A stretch of DNA of 64,000 nt from Deltaproteobacteria bacterium HGW-Deltaproteobacteria-12 (GCA_002840565.1 PHBK01000014.1:58503-122502), one strand, 5' to 3'; positions 52,141-63,027 are shown, counted from the first letter of the stretch. Numbers and translations are program-made. The notes: generated by a model not told the origin, from the sequence alone.

Positions 52141-53982
52141 ATGCCGGAACATGCCAACTTAAAAGAGAATATGATTTCCGCGCCGCGCAGTCCCGGTGTC
52201 TACATAATGCGCGATGAACCCGGGAAGGTGATCTACGTTGGCAAAGCCAACGATCTCAAAAACCGCATCGCTTCGTATTTTACCGGAAAGGACACGCGGC
52301 CGATGGCGCCGTTTTTGATGGCTCGAGTGTGTTCCATCGACTTCATCACGACCGCCACGGGAAAAGAAGCGCTGATTCTGGAAAACAACCTGATCAAGAG
52401 GCACCGTCCCCGCTACAACGTCATTCTACGCGACGATAAAACCTACTATCATCTGTCACTTGATCCTGCGGAAAAATTTCCCCGTCTGCAACTGGTGCGT
52501 AAGAGAACGAACAAAAAAGTGCTTTATTTTGGTCCATATCCGTCGGGACTGGCCGCTAAAGAAACGCTGCGGTTTGTTTTGTCTGTCTTTCCTCTACGCA
52601 GCTGCCGCAACCGTGATTTCCGATTACGCGCAAGGCCCTGCCTGGAGCATCAGATCGGACGGTGTCTTGCTCCCTGCAAGGGATTGGTAGAGGAAGAAGC
52701 CTACAAAAAGTTGGCGGACAGTGCTGTGTCTTTCCTTCAGGGGCGCAGGCGTGAGTTGATTCCCGCTTTGCAAAAACAGATGGAAGAGGCGGCTGAGGAC
52801 TTGAATTACGAGGAAGCGGCGCGTTTGCGCGATCGTATCGGTGCGCTTACACATGTGCTGGAAAAACAAAATGTGGATTGGGTCGGTAATCAGGATCAGG
52901 ATGTGCTGGGATTCTATACGGATGATGATGCCTGCCAGCTTTGTATTTTGTTTGTGCGCGGGGGGAAGCTTATCGGCAGCAAGTCGTTCGCGCCGGTGAA
53001 AACAAAAGCAGAGATTGCTGAAATTATTTCATCATTGCTCCAACAGTTTTACGATAATTCTGAGGTGCCGGAAGAAATTATCCTTCCCTGCAATCTTCCC
53101 GAGGAAAATGTCATTGTCGAATGGCTCTCCGACGAAAAAGGAAAGAAGGTGCTGATAACTGTTCCCCGGCGCGGGGCCAAAAAAGCGCTGCTTGAAATGG
53201 CCTGCGCCAACTCCCGCGAATTGCTGGAGTCAGCCCGGAAGAAAGAGGAGCAGAAAACGGCAGCTCTTTCGATCCTTCAGGAAAAACTGACGCTTTCCCG
53301 TTTGCCCCGCAGGATAGAATGTTATGACATATCCAATATCAGCGGCAAGCAAGCCGTCGGTTCGCAGGTGGTCTTTCAGGACGGCGAGCCGGACAAAGCC
53401 GCTTATCGACGTTTCCGGGTTAAAACCGCGGAAGAACCTGATGATTACGGCATGATGCGTGAGGTGCTGACCAGACGTTTTACCGGCGCTGAAGAAATGC
53501 CGGACCTGGTTGTGGTGGATGGAGGCAAGGGGCAGCTTAATGTCGCACTTTCCGTCTTGAAAGATTTGAAGATCAAATTGGATGTGATCGGTCTGGCTAA
53601 AGAAGAGCGCACCTTCCTTTCCGGCAGCCGAATCATAAAAAAGAAAACGGCAAAGGCGGAAGATCGCGTTTATTTGCCGCGACGGAAGGATGCTGTCTTT
53701 CTTTCAGCATTCCCGCAGGCGCTTTCACTTTTACAGCGACTGCGGGATGAGGCCCATCGCTTTGCTGTCAGCTTCCACCACAAACTAAAGCAGAAAAATG
53801 ATCTGCGTTCTTTATTGGAGGCAATTCCCGATGTCGGCAACCGGCGCAAAAGAATGCTGCTCAGGCATTTCGGTTCGGCCGAACAGGTGCGAAACGCTTC
53901 TTTTGAAGATTTGCAAAAAGTTTCGGGAATTGGTAAGGAACTGGCGGAAAAGATATACTCTCATCTGAGAGAAGTTAAGTGA
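52141..53982 (+). CDS. uvrC: Excinuclease ABC subunit C
   Basis: PGVYIM...IYVGKA GIY-YIG domain, RIECYDISN, DGGKGQL, RDEAHRFA, HhH. Confidence 0.98.
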   Translation: MPEHANLKENMISAPRSPGVYIMRDEPGKVIYVGKANDLKNRIASYFTGKDTRPMAPFLMARVCSIDFITTATGKEALILENNLIKRHRPRYNVILRDDKTYYHLSLDPAEKFPRLQLVRKRTNKKVLYFGPYPSGLAAKETLRFVLSVFPLRSCRNRDFRLRARPCLEHQIGRCLAPCKGLVEEEAYKKLADSAVSFLQGRRRELIPALQKQMEEAAEDLNYEEAARLRDRIGALTHVLEKQNVDWVGNQDQDVLGFYTDDDACQLCILFVRGGKLIGSKSFAPVKTKAEIAEIISSLLQQFYDNSEVPEEIILPCNLPEENVIVEWLSDEKGKKVLITVPRRGAKKALLEMACANSRELLESARKKEEQKTAALSILQEKLTLSRLPRRIECYDISNISGKQAVGSQVVFQDGEPDKAAYRRFRVKTAEEPDDYGMMREVLTRRFTGAEEMPDLVVVDGGKGQLNVALSVLKDLKIKLDVIGLAKEERTFLSGSRIIKKKTAKAEDRVYLPRRKDAVFLSAFPQALSLLQRLRDEAHRFAVSFHHKLKQKNDLRSLLEAIPDVGNRRKRMLLRHFGSAEQVRNASFEDLQKVSGIGKELAEKIYSHLREVK

Positions 53983-53997
53983 TCATAATTAACTGAT

Positions 53998-54552
53998 ATG
54001 AGCTTGGCAACTATTATTCTTCTGGCGATAGCGCTGGGTGTGGATGCGTTTTCCGTGGCGATCGGCATCGGTGCAGCCAATACCAGGAAAGCATGGGCGC
54101 CTGTCTGGCGCCTTTCCCTGGCCTTTGGTCTTTTTCAGTTTGCCATGCCGGTTATCGGGTGGTTGGCCGGTTCGACAGTGGTTTCTATCATTGCCGGTTT
54201 TGACCATTGGATTGCCTTCGCACTGCTGGCGTTTGTCGGCGGCAAAATGATTTGGGAAGGTTTCGGGGAGGCAGACGATGAGGAAAAGGCTGACCAGACC
54301 AGAGGTCTGCCGCTGCTTTTGCTTTCCATTGCGACCAGTATTGATGCCCTGGCTGTGGGCTTTAGTCTTTCCGTGCTGAAAATGCCGATATTATTCCCTG
54401 CGGTTATTATCGGAATTATCTGTTTTTTTATGACGGCAATTGGCATGCTCTTCGGCAAGGCACTGGCAAAGTTGTTTGGCAGGAGGGTTGAGATCTTTGG
54501 CGGTGTTGTTCTAATCGCTATTGGTGTGAAGATATTGATGGAGCACATGTAG
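53998..54552 (+). CDS. mntP: Manganese efflux pump MntP family
   Basis: ALGVDAFSV, FGLFQ, DHWIAF, ATSIDALAVG. Confidence 0.9.
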   Translation: MSLATIILLAIALGVDAFSVAIGIGAANTRKAWAPVWRLSLAFGLFQFAMPVIGWLAGSTVVSIIAGFDHWIAFALLAFVGGKMIWEGFGEADDEEKADQTRGLPLLLLSIATSIDALAVGFSLSVLKMPILFPAVIIGIICFFMTAIGMLFGKALAKLFGRRVEIFGGVVLIAIGVKILMEHM

Positions 54553-54589
54553 ACTGAAGGCTGAGGACTGAAGGTTTGAGAGGGGTGTC

Positions 54590-55126
54590 ATGTATTATTC
54601 GATAATCAAAGCAGGCAAAGATGAAATTGGGTTGGTATGGCAGATTGTCGGCGGCAAAACGCTTGTGGAATATATTTATTTGCCTGAGCCCGCGGAGATT
54701 TTAAAAGATAAGATTAGCAAAGAATTTCCGGAAGCTAAAAAGGCAGTGCAGAAAATACCGGGCGGTATTGCGGGGGGAATTGCTAAAATTTATGCCGGTG
54801 AAAAAGTCAGCTTCGATCATTCTTGCTTGAATTTAGCAAAACTGACAAAGTTCTCCGCACGCGTCTTGAAGCAGACAGGCAAAATTCCCCGGGGTAAAGT
54901 TGCCACTTATTCGGGGCTGGCTGCTAAAATCGGATCTCCCGGGGCGGCGCGTGCCGTCGGGACGGCTCTGGCCAATAATCCCTTTCCCTTGGCTATCCCC
55001 TGCCATCGAGTCGTGAAGTCAGATGGCTCCCTGGGCAGCTTCGGCGGCGGGATCTGGATGAAAAAGGAATTGCTGGGAAAAGAGGGTGTGGCGGCGGACG
55101 AAAAAGGCCGGATTGCGGTAAAATGA
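54590..55126 (+). CDS. ogt: Methylated-DNA-protein-cysteine methyltransferase
   Basis: IPRGKVATY, ARAVG, IPCHRV. Confidence 0.92.
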   Translation: MYYSIIKAGKDEIGLVWQIVGGKTLVEYIYLPEPAEILKDKISKEFPEAKKAVQKIPGGIAGGIAKIYAGEKVSFDHSCLNLAKLTKFSARVLKQTGKIPRGKVATYSGLAAKIGSPGAARAVGTALANNPFPLAIPCHRVVKSDGSLGSFGGGIWMKKELLGKEGVAADEKGRIAVK

Positions 55127-55204
55127 TTTTTCATGCGGCGGATGCGTGCTTTTGTTAGATATTGCGTCTATCGTTATTGCTGTTGGTGTTAAACGACAAC
55201 TGAG

Positions 55205-55801
55205 CTACTTATCTTTTTCCCTGACAAATACGGGGGCGGGCTTTGGCTGCTTCTTCAACTTGAAGGTAACGCAAGGACCCGCTTCCTTGGAGTAAACGAA
55301 ACCTTCGGCTTCCCTCAGATCACCGTATGTTGAGCGCAGTTCCTCTATCCATCCGGCATCCAGGGCCCTGGTCGGGCAGGCTTCCACACAAATTGGCTTC
55401 TTACCATCGGACCATCTTTCCACGCATAAATCGCACTTTTGCATGGCGGCATTCGCCTCGTTTCCGAATTGTGGAGCGCCATAGGGACAGGCTTCCTTAC
55501 AAAGCATGCAGTTCCGGCCAAGGCAGAGATCTCTGTCCACTACTACGATGCCGTCCTGTGTCCGTTTGGTGATGGCAAGGACCGGGCAGACTTTGGCACA
55601 GGGCGCTTCGGCACAATGGTAGCATGATCGGGCCAAGTGAGTAACAGATATGTCAGGATATTTACCTTGTTCCACGGAGGTGACCATTATCCAGGCCTCC
55701 GGTTCAGATCCCATTTCATATTCGTGCCAGTCTTTGCAGGCAATCATACAGGTAAAGCATCCCGTGCAGCGTGACTGGTCGAAAAAAAATCCTCTGTTCA
55801 T
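55205..55801 (-). CDS. DmsB-like 4x[4Fe-4S] electron-transfer subunit
   Basis: CTGCFTCMIAC, CYHCAEAPCAKVCP, C..C..ACPY, KCDLC...PICVEACP. Confidence 0.92.
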   Translation of the reverse strand: MNRGFFFDQSRCTGCFTCMIACKDWHEYEMGSEPEAWIMVTSVEQGKYPDISVTHLARSCYHCAEAPCAKVCPVLAITKRTQDGIVVVDRDLCLGRNCMLCKEACPYGAPQFGNEANAAMQKCDLCVERWSDGKKPICVEACPTRALDAGWIEELRSTYGDLREAEGFVYSKEAGPCVTFKLKKQPKPAPVFVREKDK

Positions 55802-55804
55802 CAG

Positions 55805-57967
55805 TTAATTTACCCTTTCGATTTGCACCAGGGCAGTATTAACCGGCCAGGAGCCGCCCGGAGAATAGATATCTCTTGTTAAGCAGTTAGGGTTGCCGCC
55901 TTTGTCTGCCCCGGTCGGGTCGTGGCGATACCAGGCTCCCTGGGGAACGGCGACTGTCCCGGGCATAATTCTCTCCGTTACCTTAGCCCCAATGATGACC
56001 ACTCCACGATCATTATATACCTTAACCTCATCCCCGTCATTTATTCCCCGGACGCGGGCATCAAGAGTATTGATCCAAGCCGCTTGGGCTTCGATCTGCT
56101 TCAGCCAGGGGATATTATCGAAACAGGAATGAGCCCGGAACATAAAGTGAGGGGTAATCAGTTGCAGGGGGTATTTTTTTGCCAGCGGATCATTCAGACT
56201 TTCCCAGGTTTCAATGTATTTTGGCACTGCGGGCAGCTGCGGGTTATTCATCCTGGCGATCCGCTCCGACGATATCTCGATTTTGCCCGACGGGGTCGGG
56301 AAAGGGTTATTCCCCGGGTCTTCGATTTGCTTCTTTAAACAAAGCTGCGGCCCGGTAACTTTGTATTTAAAGACTCCTTGCTGTTTGAAGCGATCATAGT
56401 CAACATCGCGCGACATGTCGGTGGAGGACTTTACTGCTTCTCTCAGCATCTCGTCATCTGTTTTATTGGCAAAATCGGCAATTCCCAGCCGGGGGGCCAG
56501 TTCACGGCAAATATCCAGATCGGATTTGGACTCATACAGGGAATCGATAACCTTGTTAAGATAAATGAAGTACGGCCCGGCCAGCCAGGGCCGGGTGATG
56601 TCTTCCACTTCCCACTTGGTATTTATCGGAAGCAGAATATCGGCAAACTTAGCCGTCGGCGTCATGAACTGCTCATGAACAATAACAAATTCCAGTTGTT
56701 TTAGCGCTTCAACTCCCTTATTGATGTTGGGGCACTGGTTCAGGGGGTTATGGGAGCAGGCATAGAACAGTTTGATATCGGCCGGATAGCCGCCGGCTTT
56801 CCCCTGCAGTATGGCGTCCCATACTTGAGTATGGTGTATCCTGGTCCGCAGACGTCGGGCTACATCAAGCTGATGGGGATTGTCGTCAATAAATTTCTCG
56901 ATTTCCGGAGATATTTGTGCTCCCAGGGGCCCGCGTTCAAAGGCTGCCGCTCCGCCCCCGTGGATGCCGACATTTCCCGTCATTGTTGCCAGGGTAGATG
57001 CCAGGCGATGGTATTGTTCCCCATAGGCTGTGCGGCCGGGTCCCCATCCGGCGATAAGCGCCGCCGGCCGGGAAGTGGCATATTCACGGGCCAGAGCCGC
57101 AATAGCAGAGGCGGGGACTGCCGTGATGGCTTCAGCCCAGGCCGGTGTCTTGGCGATTCCATCTTCCTCGCCCATAATATATTTCCTGAACTCATCAAAT
57201 CCCAGGGAATATTTATTCAGAAACGTGCGGTCGTGCAGGTTTTCGTTGATCATTACGTAGGCCATAGCCGCCATCATGGCGGCATCAGTACCCGGCCGGA
57301 TGGATATCCACTGGTCCGCGAAAAGAGCGGCCGATTCAGTAAAGCGCGGGTCCACGCAAATGATCCTGGCCCCAGCTTCTTTAGCCTGCACAACATAATA
57401 GCTGGTTCCGGTGCTTTGAATCGTGCAAACAGGGTTCCAGCCCCACATAATTATCAGGCGCGAGTTGACCAGGTCGTCTCTGGTATTCCCGGTGCTCAGG
57501 GTCCCGTAGTGGCTTCGAGAGGCGAAGATGCTTCCCTCATTGGAGGCCATCCCCCAGACCCGGCTATGTCCGCCGAACATCGTGAGCAGAGCAGAGACGT
57601 GACCGCCTCCCTGAAATACGGTGTGGTTGCCAGTATAATTGATGAAAAGAATAGACGAGTTCCCGTAGGTTTTCTTCACTCTGGTCAACTGTTGCGCGAC
57701 CGTGTCCAGCGCCTCATCCCAGGAGATACGCTCAAAGTTGCCTTCGCCGCGGGCTCCCACTCGCTTCAGCGGATACTGGAGACGGTTCGGGTCATAAACC
57801 CTTTTGCGATAGGCTCGTCCTTTGGCGCAGGCCCTCAGTTGGGGTTCGTCAGGTCCGGTGTCACTTTCCATCCGGATGGCAACCCCGTCCTTGACGTGGA
57901 CTTTGAACACGCATTTGCCGCCGCAATCATGGCAAGCCCCTGTAGGTATAATGGAGATATCGCTCAC
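55805..57967 (-). CDS. DMSO reductase-family molybdopterin oxidoreductase (DmsA-like), no Tat signal
   Basis: CHDCGGKC...C FS0 motif, RLQYPLKRVG.RGEG.FERISWDEA, TAKFADILLP, C-terminal molybdopterin-dinucleotide domain. Confidence 0.92.
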   Translation of the reverse strand: MSDISIIPTGACHDCGGKCVFKVHVKDGVAIRMESDTGPDEPQLRACAKGRAYRKRVYDPNRLQYPLKRVGARGEGNFERISWDEALDTVAQQLTRVKKTYGNSSILFINYTGNHTVFQGGGHVSALLTMFGGHSRVWGMASNEGSIFASRSHYGTLSTGNTRDDLVNSRLIIMWGWNPVCTIQSTGTSYYVVQAKEAGARIICVDPRFTESAALFADQWISIRPGTDAAMMAAMAYVMINENLHDRTFLNKYSLGFDEFRKYIMGEEDGIAKTPAWAEAITAVPASAIAALAREYATSRPAALIAGWGPGRTAYGEQYHRLASTLATMTGNVGIHGGGAAAFERGPLGAQISPEIEKFIDDNPHQLDVARRLRTRIHHTQVWDAILQGKAGGYPADIKLFYACSHNPLNQCPNINKGVEALKQLEFVIVHEQFMTPTAKFADILLPINTKWEVEDITRPWLAGPYFIYLNKVIDSLYESKSDLDICRELAPRLGIADFANKTDDEMLREAVKSSTDMSRDVDYDRFKQQGVFKYKVTGPQLCLKKQIEDPGNNPFPTPSGKIEISSERIARMNNPQLPAVPKYIETWESLNDPLAKKYPLQLITPHFMFRAHSCFDNIPWLKQIEAQAAWINTLDARVRGINDGDEVKVYNDRGVVIIGAKVTERIMPGTVAVPQGAWYRHDPTGADKGGNPNCLTRDIYSPGGSWPVNTALVQIERVN

Positions 57968-58168
57968 ATTGTTCCTTTCCTTAGGCCTTTTTCAAACATG
58001 TTCGGTGACTGCCGCCGGTACTTCTTTTTTTCTTAATTTCCCTGTGATTTTCGGTGTAAAGGCCTTTGCCGGGCCTGGTATTGATGAATCCCTATCGATA
58101 AGATAATACTTACCGGTAGAGGAAATATAGGAAAGTTCGGTGGGTATGTCAATTATTTTAAGCGGGAA

Positions 58169-60124
58169 TTAATACTCCGGCGCAAACGGCGGCAGGGGGC
58201 AGTGCAGGGCCAGCGAAAGGACACGGAGCAGTTCGGCTTCTGTCACTGTAATTCTTCTGTCGGCAAAAGCACAATGGGAGCAGGCATCAACGACAACCTG
58301 CTTTATTTTAAAGGATGAACAATCCATTTTTTTCAAGGCCGTTTTAATTTCGGCAAAGTTGAAGTCTTCTGTGTAATAGTAATCGGGGTTTTTGCAGGCC
58401 AGTTCCGGAATGCGCGCCACACCGGCATTAAAGGCCATACGGGCGGCATCAGCATTGCCCTTATTTCCGGCATTGGCCAGCATTCTTAAAATTATAAAAA
58501 TCTGATATCCGACCTGAGATAAATGGGAGAACACCGTTTCTCCGAAGATGCTTTCATCTTTACTGCCAAGATACTGCTGAACAATCAATTGCACGCAAAA
58601 TTCCGGTAAAGTTATTTTTCCATCAGCATTGACCTGAGAATTTATTGTCTCTAAAAAGTTTCTTCTTTCCATTATGGTTAAGCTGCGCAGGGAAGGCAGA
58701 GCCAGCTCAACCAGAGGCAATCTCTGGCCATTTTTCAGGCCGGCTATTTGGTCACATAAACGGAGAAAATCATCTTCGTGGCCGGGCATGACCAAGGAAT
58801 GCTGCAGATCATGGAACTGATATTTCCGGAGGGTATTATTGTCCGGCGTGAGCAGGGCACAAATCACAGTCGCAGCCCCATCCGGAGTCCTTAATTTTGC
58901 TTTTATCTGGTCGGGAAGAGAGGCAAGGATAGCGGATCCCTTATTTACAGCAGGGTTGCCGACGTAATCGATTATATCTTTGGCGATCGGTGGATCCGGA
59001 GAGCCGTGAATTTTATCCAGGAAAGACACTGCAGCATCCGGCTTCGGAGAAAAAAGTCTTGGCGGAATGTCTTTTGCCGCGGGGAAGGTACCGTCGAAAG
59101 AAGGATCCAGCAGCTGAATGCGTTTGATTAGCGGCGGGTGTGTGGCCAGGAAGGCCGGGAAAAGAACGTCAATGTCTGATTGACCGAAAAACAAATGGCT
59201 GGCCTGTTTTGCAGTCGCGGAAGTAATCTGTGAACCGTAAATGCAGCCGCCGATTTTTTTTAAGGCGGAGGCCAGCCCCAGAGGGTTGCGGGTGAACTTA
59301 ACCGCCGACGCATCGGCCAGAAATTCTTTCTCCCGGGAAACAGCGCTTTGAATCAACCGCCCGGCAAATGTTCCGATATAGCCGATCACGGTTAAAAGTA
59401 TGCCGCCGATAAAAAGGACGATTGATTTTGATGAAATCCGGCGGTGTTCCAGAATTTCTCCGCCGATGATTCCGATGATCAGAATGCCGTAAATTATGCC
59501 TATTAATTGAATGTTCAGGCGCATATCGCCGTTCAAAAGATGGCTGAACTCATGGGCAATTACTCCCTGCAATTCGTCCCGGGAAAGCCTGTCGAGGGCG
59601 CCCTGTGTTATGGCGACGGCCGCGTCATTGATGCCCAGACCGGCGGCAAAGGCATTGATGCCTTGTTCTCTTTCCAGGATATAAACCAGCGGTACGGGAA
59701 TGCCCGAAGCAATCGACATTTCTTCCACTACATTCAAGAGCCGCCGTTTGGCGGGGTCGTCGGTGTTTTCGGGAACTCGACTGCCACCCAGCATTTCCGC
59801 AACTGTGCCTCCGCCTTTTTGAAGTTGCCGCATTTTGATTATGCTGGCGATGAAGATGAAAAGCGCTACGGTAGAAAAGACCAGGATAAAAGACGCCGGG
59901 TCCCACCAGGCAAAAGAGCCGCTCGGGGCGGAATTGGCCGTAGGCCCGGGAACAGTAATGATATTTGTTATCAAATTGATGTAGCAGATCAGACGGAAGG
60001 CAAAATAAACGGCGGCAATAATGCAAAGCACTGCGCCGGCGAACAGGAGGCCCAGTTTTCGGCAATTCCGGCGGGCCTGCTCCTGTCTGGCAAAAAAATT
60101 CGTGGTCAAACGCCCGTTCGTCAT
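58169..60124 (-). CDS. M48 (HtpX-like) membrane metalloprotease with C-terminal extension
   Basis: INAFAAG, HEFSH zinc motif, REKEFLADA, THPP...RI; downstream of lemA. Confidence 0.9.
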   Translation of the reverse strand: MTNGRLTTNFFARQEQARRNCRKLGLLFAGAVLCIIAAVYFAFRLICYINLITNIITVPGPTANSAPSGSFAWWDPASFILVFSTVALFIFIASIIKMRQLQKGGGTVAEMLGGSRVPENTDDPAKRRLLNVVEEMSIASGIPVPLVYILEREQGINAFAAGLGINDAAVAITQGALDRLSRDELQGVIAHEFSHLLNGDMRLNIQLIGIIYGILIIGIIGGEILEHRRISSKSIVLFIGGILLTVIGYIGTFAGRLIQSAVSREKEFLADASAVKFTRNPLGLASALKKIGGCIYGSQITSATAKQASHLFFGQSDIDVLFPAFLATHPPLIKRIQLLDPSFDGTFPAAKDIPPRLFSPKPDAAVSFLDKIHGSPDPPIAKDIIDYVGNPAVNKGSAILASLPDQIKAKLRTPDGAATVICALLTPDNNTLRKYQFHDLQHSLVMPGHEDDFLRLCDQIAGLKNGQRLPLVELALPSLRSLTIMERRNFLETINSQVNADGKITLPEFCVQLIVQQYLGSKDESIFGETVFSHLSQVGYQIFIILRMLANAGNKGNADAARMAFNAGVARIPELACKNPDYYYTEDFNFAEIKTALKKMDCSSFKIKQVVVDACSHCAFADRRITVTEAELLRVLSLALHCPLPPFAPEY

Positions 60125-60144
60125 TAAAACAATGTCCTGTTTAA

Positions 60145-60738
60145 TCAGTTAAAGGAAACCTTGGGCGCTTTTCGTTCATCCTCTGCCTCAATGGATTCCA
60201 GAAGCTCGGCTTTCTGGAAGTTGAAAGAACCGGCAATGAAGCTCGCGGGAAATTGTTCGCGTCTGGTGTTATAATCGGCAACGGAGTCATTGTAGGCCTG
60301 ACGGGCAAAGGAAATTTTGTTTTCCGTCGAAGTCAATTCTTCCATCAACGAACGAATTGTCTGATTGGCTTTCAGATCAGGATAAGATTCAACCACGGCG
60401 AGCAGTTTGCCCATTGCCGTGCTTAAAAATCCTTCCGCCTGTGATAATCCGGTCATGGCTGCAGAATTACCGGGGTTGGCGGCGGCGGCTTTGCTGGCAG
60501 TGAAGGCGCTGTTGCGGGCATTGATGACTTCTTCCAGAGTCCGCCGTTCGTGCGCGAGATAGGCTTTCGCGGCTTCCACCAGGTTGGGTATGAGGTCATA
60601 GCGGCGTTTTAACTGGACATCGATCTGCTTGAAAGCATTCAGGTATTGATTGCGCAAGGAAACCAGACTATTATATATGCCTACAAAATAGAAAGCAATT
60701 AAAGCGATGATTACAACCAGTACGATGAATGGTATCAT
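60145..60738 (-). CDS. lemA: LemA family protein
   Basis: QIDVQLKRRYDLIPNLV, ESYPDLKAN, TENKISFARQAYND. Confidence 0.95.
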   Translation of the reverse strand: MIPFIVLVVIIALIAFYFVGIYNSLVSLRNQYLNAFKQIDVQLKRRYDLIPNLVEAAKAYLAHERRTLEEVINARNSAFTASKAAAANPGNSAAMTGLSQAEGFLSTAMGKLLAVVESYPDLKANQTIRSLMEELTSTENKISFARQAYNDSVADYNTRREQFPASFIAGSFNFQKAELLESIEAEDERKAPKVSFN

Positions 60739-60800
60739 ATGGCCTCCTTGTTTTTTATTATTATAAAGCTTTTATCAGGCTAATATAAAAATGGGAAATA

Positions 60801-61952
60801 TTATATTTTATTTTTGCGGGATTGCCTGGTGACAGCCAGATTATCACGGTGGATGACTTCTTCGTAATCTTTGTGCCCCAGGACCTGTTCGATTTTGGCT
60901 GTTTTCAAACCCATTATTTTGCGGATTTCCGCCGAACTGAAATTGACGAGTCCTTTGGCTATTGCAGTTCCGGTGCGATCCACGCAGCTCACCGGATCGC
61001 CTAAGGCAAAATCTCCTTCTACATCGATAATACCGGAAGGAAGCAGGCTTTTGCCCTTTTCCAGCAGGGCTTTACAGGCGCCGTCATCGACAACGAGTTT
61101 GCCCTGGGAGCGCAAAGTAAAGGCAATCCAGTATTTCTTGCTGTTTAGACGGTCCGCCATTGGCAGAAAAAGCGTGCCGATTTCTTTGCCATCAAGAATA
61201 TCATTTAAAATATTTTTCTTTTTGCCGGGGGCAATAATACAGGGAATACCGATAGCTGTAACTTTTTTGGCGGCCAGGACTTTGCTTTTCATGCCGCCGG
61301 TGCCGACCGTTGATGTTTCCGCGGTAGCAATGGCTTCGATTTCATCCGTGAATTCCGAGACCAGCCCGATGAACCTGGCTTTCTTGGATTCAGCAGGGTT
61401 ACTGTCGTATAATCCTGCAGTATTGGTCAGATTGATAAAGAGATCAGCCTCCACGATATTGGCAATCATGGCGGCGAGGTTGTCGTTGTCGCCGAATTTG
61501 ATTTCATCGACGGCAACACTGTCATTTTCATTGATAATGGGCATGACTTTCCACTCCATCAGCGTGGAAAGGGTGTTGCGGATGTTTAAGAATCTCTGGC
61601 GGTCGGTCAGATCGGAAAGAGTCAACAGAATCTGTGCGACGTAAACGCCGTTTTTTTCAAAAGACTTGGAATAAACGTGCATCAGACGGCCCTGCCCGAC
61701 GGCGGCTGCAGCCTGTTTTTCGGGGATGCTTTTCAGTTTGCCGGTTATGTTCAGACGGTGTTTTCCCGAAGCAATTGCCCCGGAAGTCACGAGGACTACC
61801 GAATAACCGCGATGCACCAGTGCAGACATCTCTTTGACCAAAGCATCAACAATCTTCAGATCAATGCCGTCCGCACCGGTGAGCACTGCCGATCCGATTT
61901 TGATGAGGATTTTCTTTGTATGGGCCAGAATTGTCTTGCGGATGTCTGTCAT
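60801..61952 (-). CDS. proB: Glutamate 5-kinase
   Basis: IKIGSAVL, AAAAVGQ, NENDSV, FGDNDNL, GTGGM.SK, PUA domain. Confidence 0.97.
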   Translation of the reverse strand: MTDIRKTILAHTKKILIKIGSAVLTGADGIDLKIVDALVKEMSALVHRGYSVVLVTSGAIASGKHRLNITGKLKSIPEKQAAAAVGQGRLMHVYSKSFEKNGVYVAQILLTLSDLTDRQRFLNIRNTLSTLMEWKVMPIINENDSVAVDEIKFGDNDNLAAMIANIVEADLFINLTNTAGLYDSNPAESKKARFIGLVSEFTDEIEAIATAETSTVGTGGMKSKVLAAKKVTAIGIPCIIAPGKKKNILNDILDGKEIGTLFLPMADRLNSKKYWIAFTLRSQGKLVVDDGACKALLEKGKSLLPSGIIDVEGDFALGDPVSCVDRTGTAIAKGLVNFSSAEIRKIMGLKTAKIEQVLGHKDYEEVIHRDNLAVTRQSRKNKI

Positions 61953-61966
61953 GGGGTGAACTTTAT

Positions 61967-62968
61967 CTAAGGTTGGCTTAATCTCTCAATTATTTTATTT
62001 AATATTTCTGTTATTCCTTCGCCGGTTGCAGCGGAAAACGGATATAATACTATGCCTTTTTTCTTGAATCGTGCAACATCTTTTTTGATGTGATCTTTTA
62101 CATGGGGAAGATCAATCTTGTTCATAGCCACGATCTGCGGCTTTTCCAGCAGTTGGGGATTATAAAACCCCAGCTCTTTGTTAATCGCCTTATAATTGGC
62201 CAGAGCATTGTTGTCCGGCTCCAGAGAAATATCAATAATGTGGAGCAGCAGAGACGTTCTTTCCACATGTTTTAAGAATTGGATGCCCATGCCGCGGCCT
62301 TCATGAGCCCCGGGGATCAGCCCGGGAATGTCCGCCATAACGAAACTTTTACCGTCACGATGGTTGACCACACCGAGGTGCGGAGTGAGAGTTGTAAAAG
62401 GGTAATCGGCAATTTGCGGACGGGCTGCCGAAACACGGGAGATAAAAGTAGATTTTCCGGCATTAGGGAAGCCCACAATACCGACATCGGCCAGTAGTTT
62501 GAGCTCCAGTTTAAGCCAGCGTTCATCGCCGGGCATCCCTTCCTGGGCAAAACGCGGCGTCTGATGAGTGGAAGTGGCAAAATGAGCATTGCCCTTGCCT
62601 CCGATGCCGCCGTGGCCGGCTATGTAGGTTTGTCCGTTGACGGACAAATCGGCAAGTATCTCGTGAGTTTCGAAGTCTTTGACGACTGTGCCCACAGGTA
62701 CGACAATTTCCATGTCCTCGGCGCTTTTGCCGCTGCGGTTGTTTCCCGAACCATGGCCGCCGTTTTTCGCCAGATACTGTTGCTGATATTTCAGGTCCAA
62801 TAAAGTCCGATGGCTTTGGGCTGCGCGAAAAATTATGTCGCCGCCCTTGCCGCCGGCGCCGCCGTCAGGACCGCCGCGCGGGACAAATTTCTCCCTGCGG
62901 AAACTCACACAACCGGGTCCGCCGTGCCCCGCCCGAATAAAAATTTTTGCTTCATCAACAAATTTCAT
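61967..62968 (-). CDS. obgE: GTPase ObgE/CgtA
   Basis: FRREKFVPRGGPDGG, GFPNAGKST, YPFTT, DIPG, NKID. Confidence 0.98.
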   Translation of the reverse strand: MKFVDEAKIFIRAGHGGPGCVSFRREKFVPRGGPDGGAGGKGGDIIFRAAQSHRTLLDLKYQQQYLAKNGGHGSGNNRSGKSAEDMEIVVPVGTVVKDFETHEILADLSVNGQTYIAGHGGIGGKGNAHFATSTHQTPRFAQEGMPGDERWLKLELKLLADVGIVGFPNAGKSTFISRVSAARPQIADYPFTTLTPHLGVVNHRDGKSFVMADIPGLIPGAHEGRGMGIQFLKHVERTSLLLHIIDISLEPDNNALANYKAINKELGFYNPQLLEKPQIVAMNKIDLPHVKDHIKKDVARFKKKGIVLYPFSAATGEGITEILNKIIERLSQP

Positions 62969-63027
62969 GAATATTGCCCGGATTGAATCAATTCCAGAAG
63001 AACATAGAGAGTTTTTAGGGTAACTTT

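Noticed and set aside
56750-58036. 428-aa plus-strand ORF
   Set aside because: Antisense shadow of the molybdopterin oxidoreductase; no recognisable motifs.
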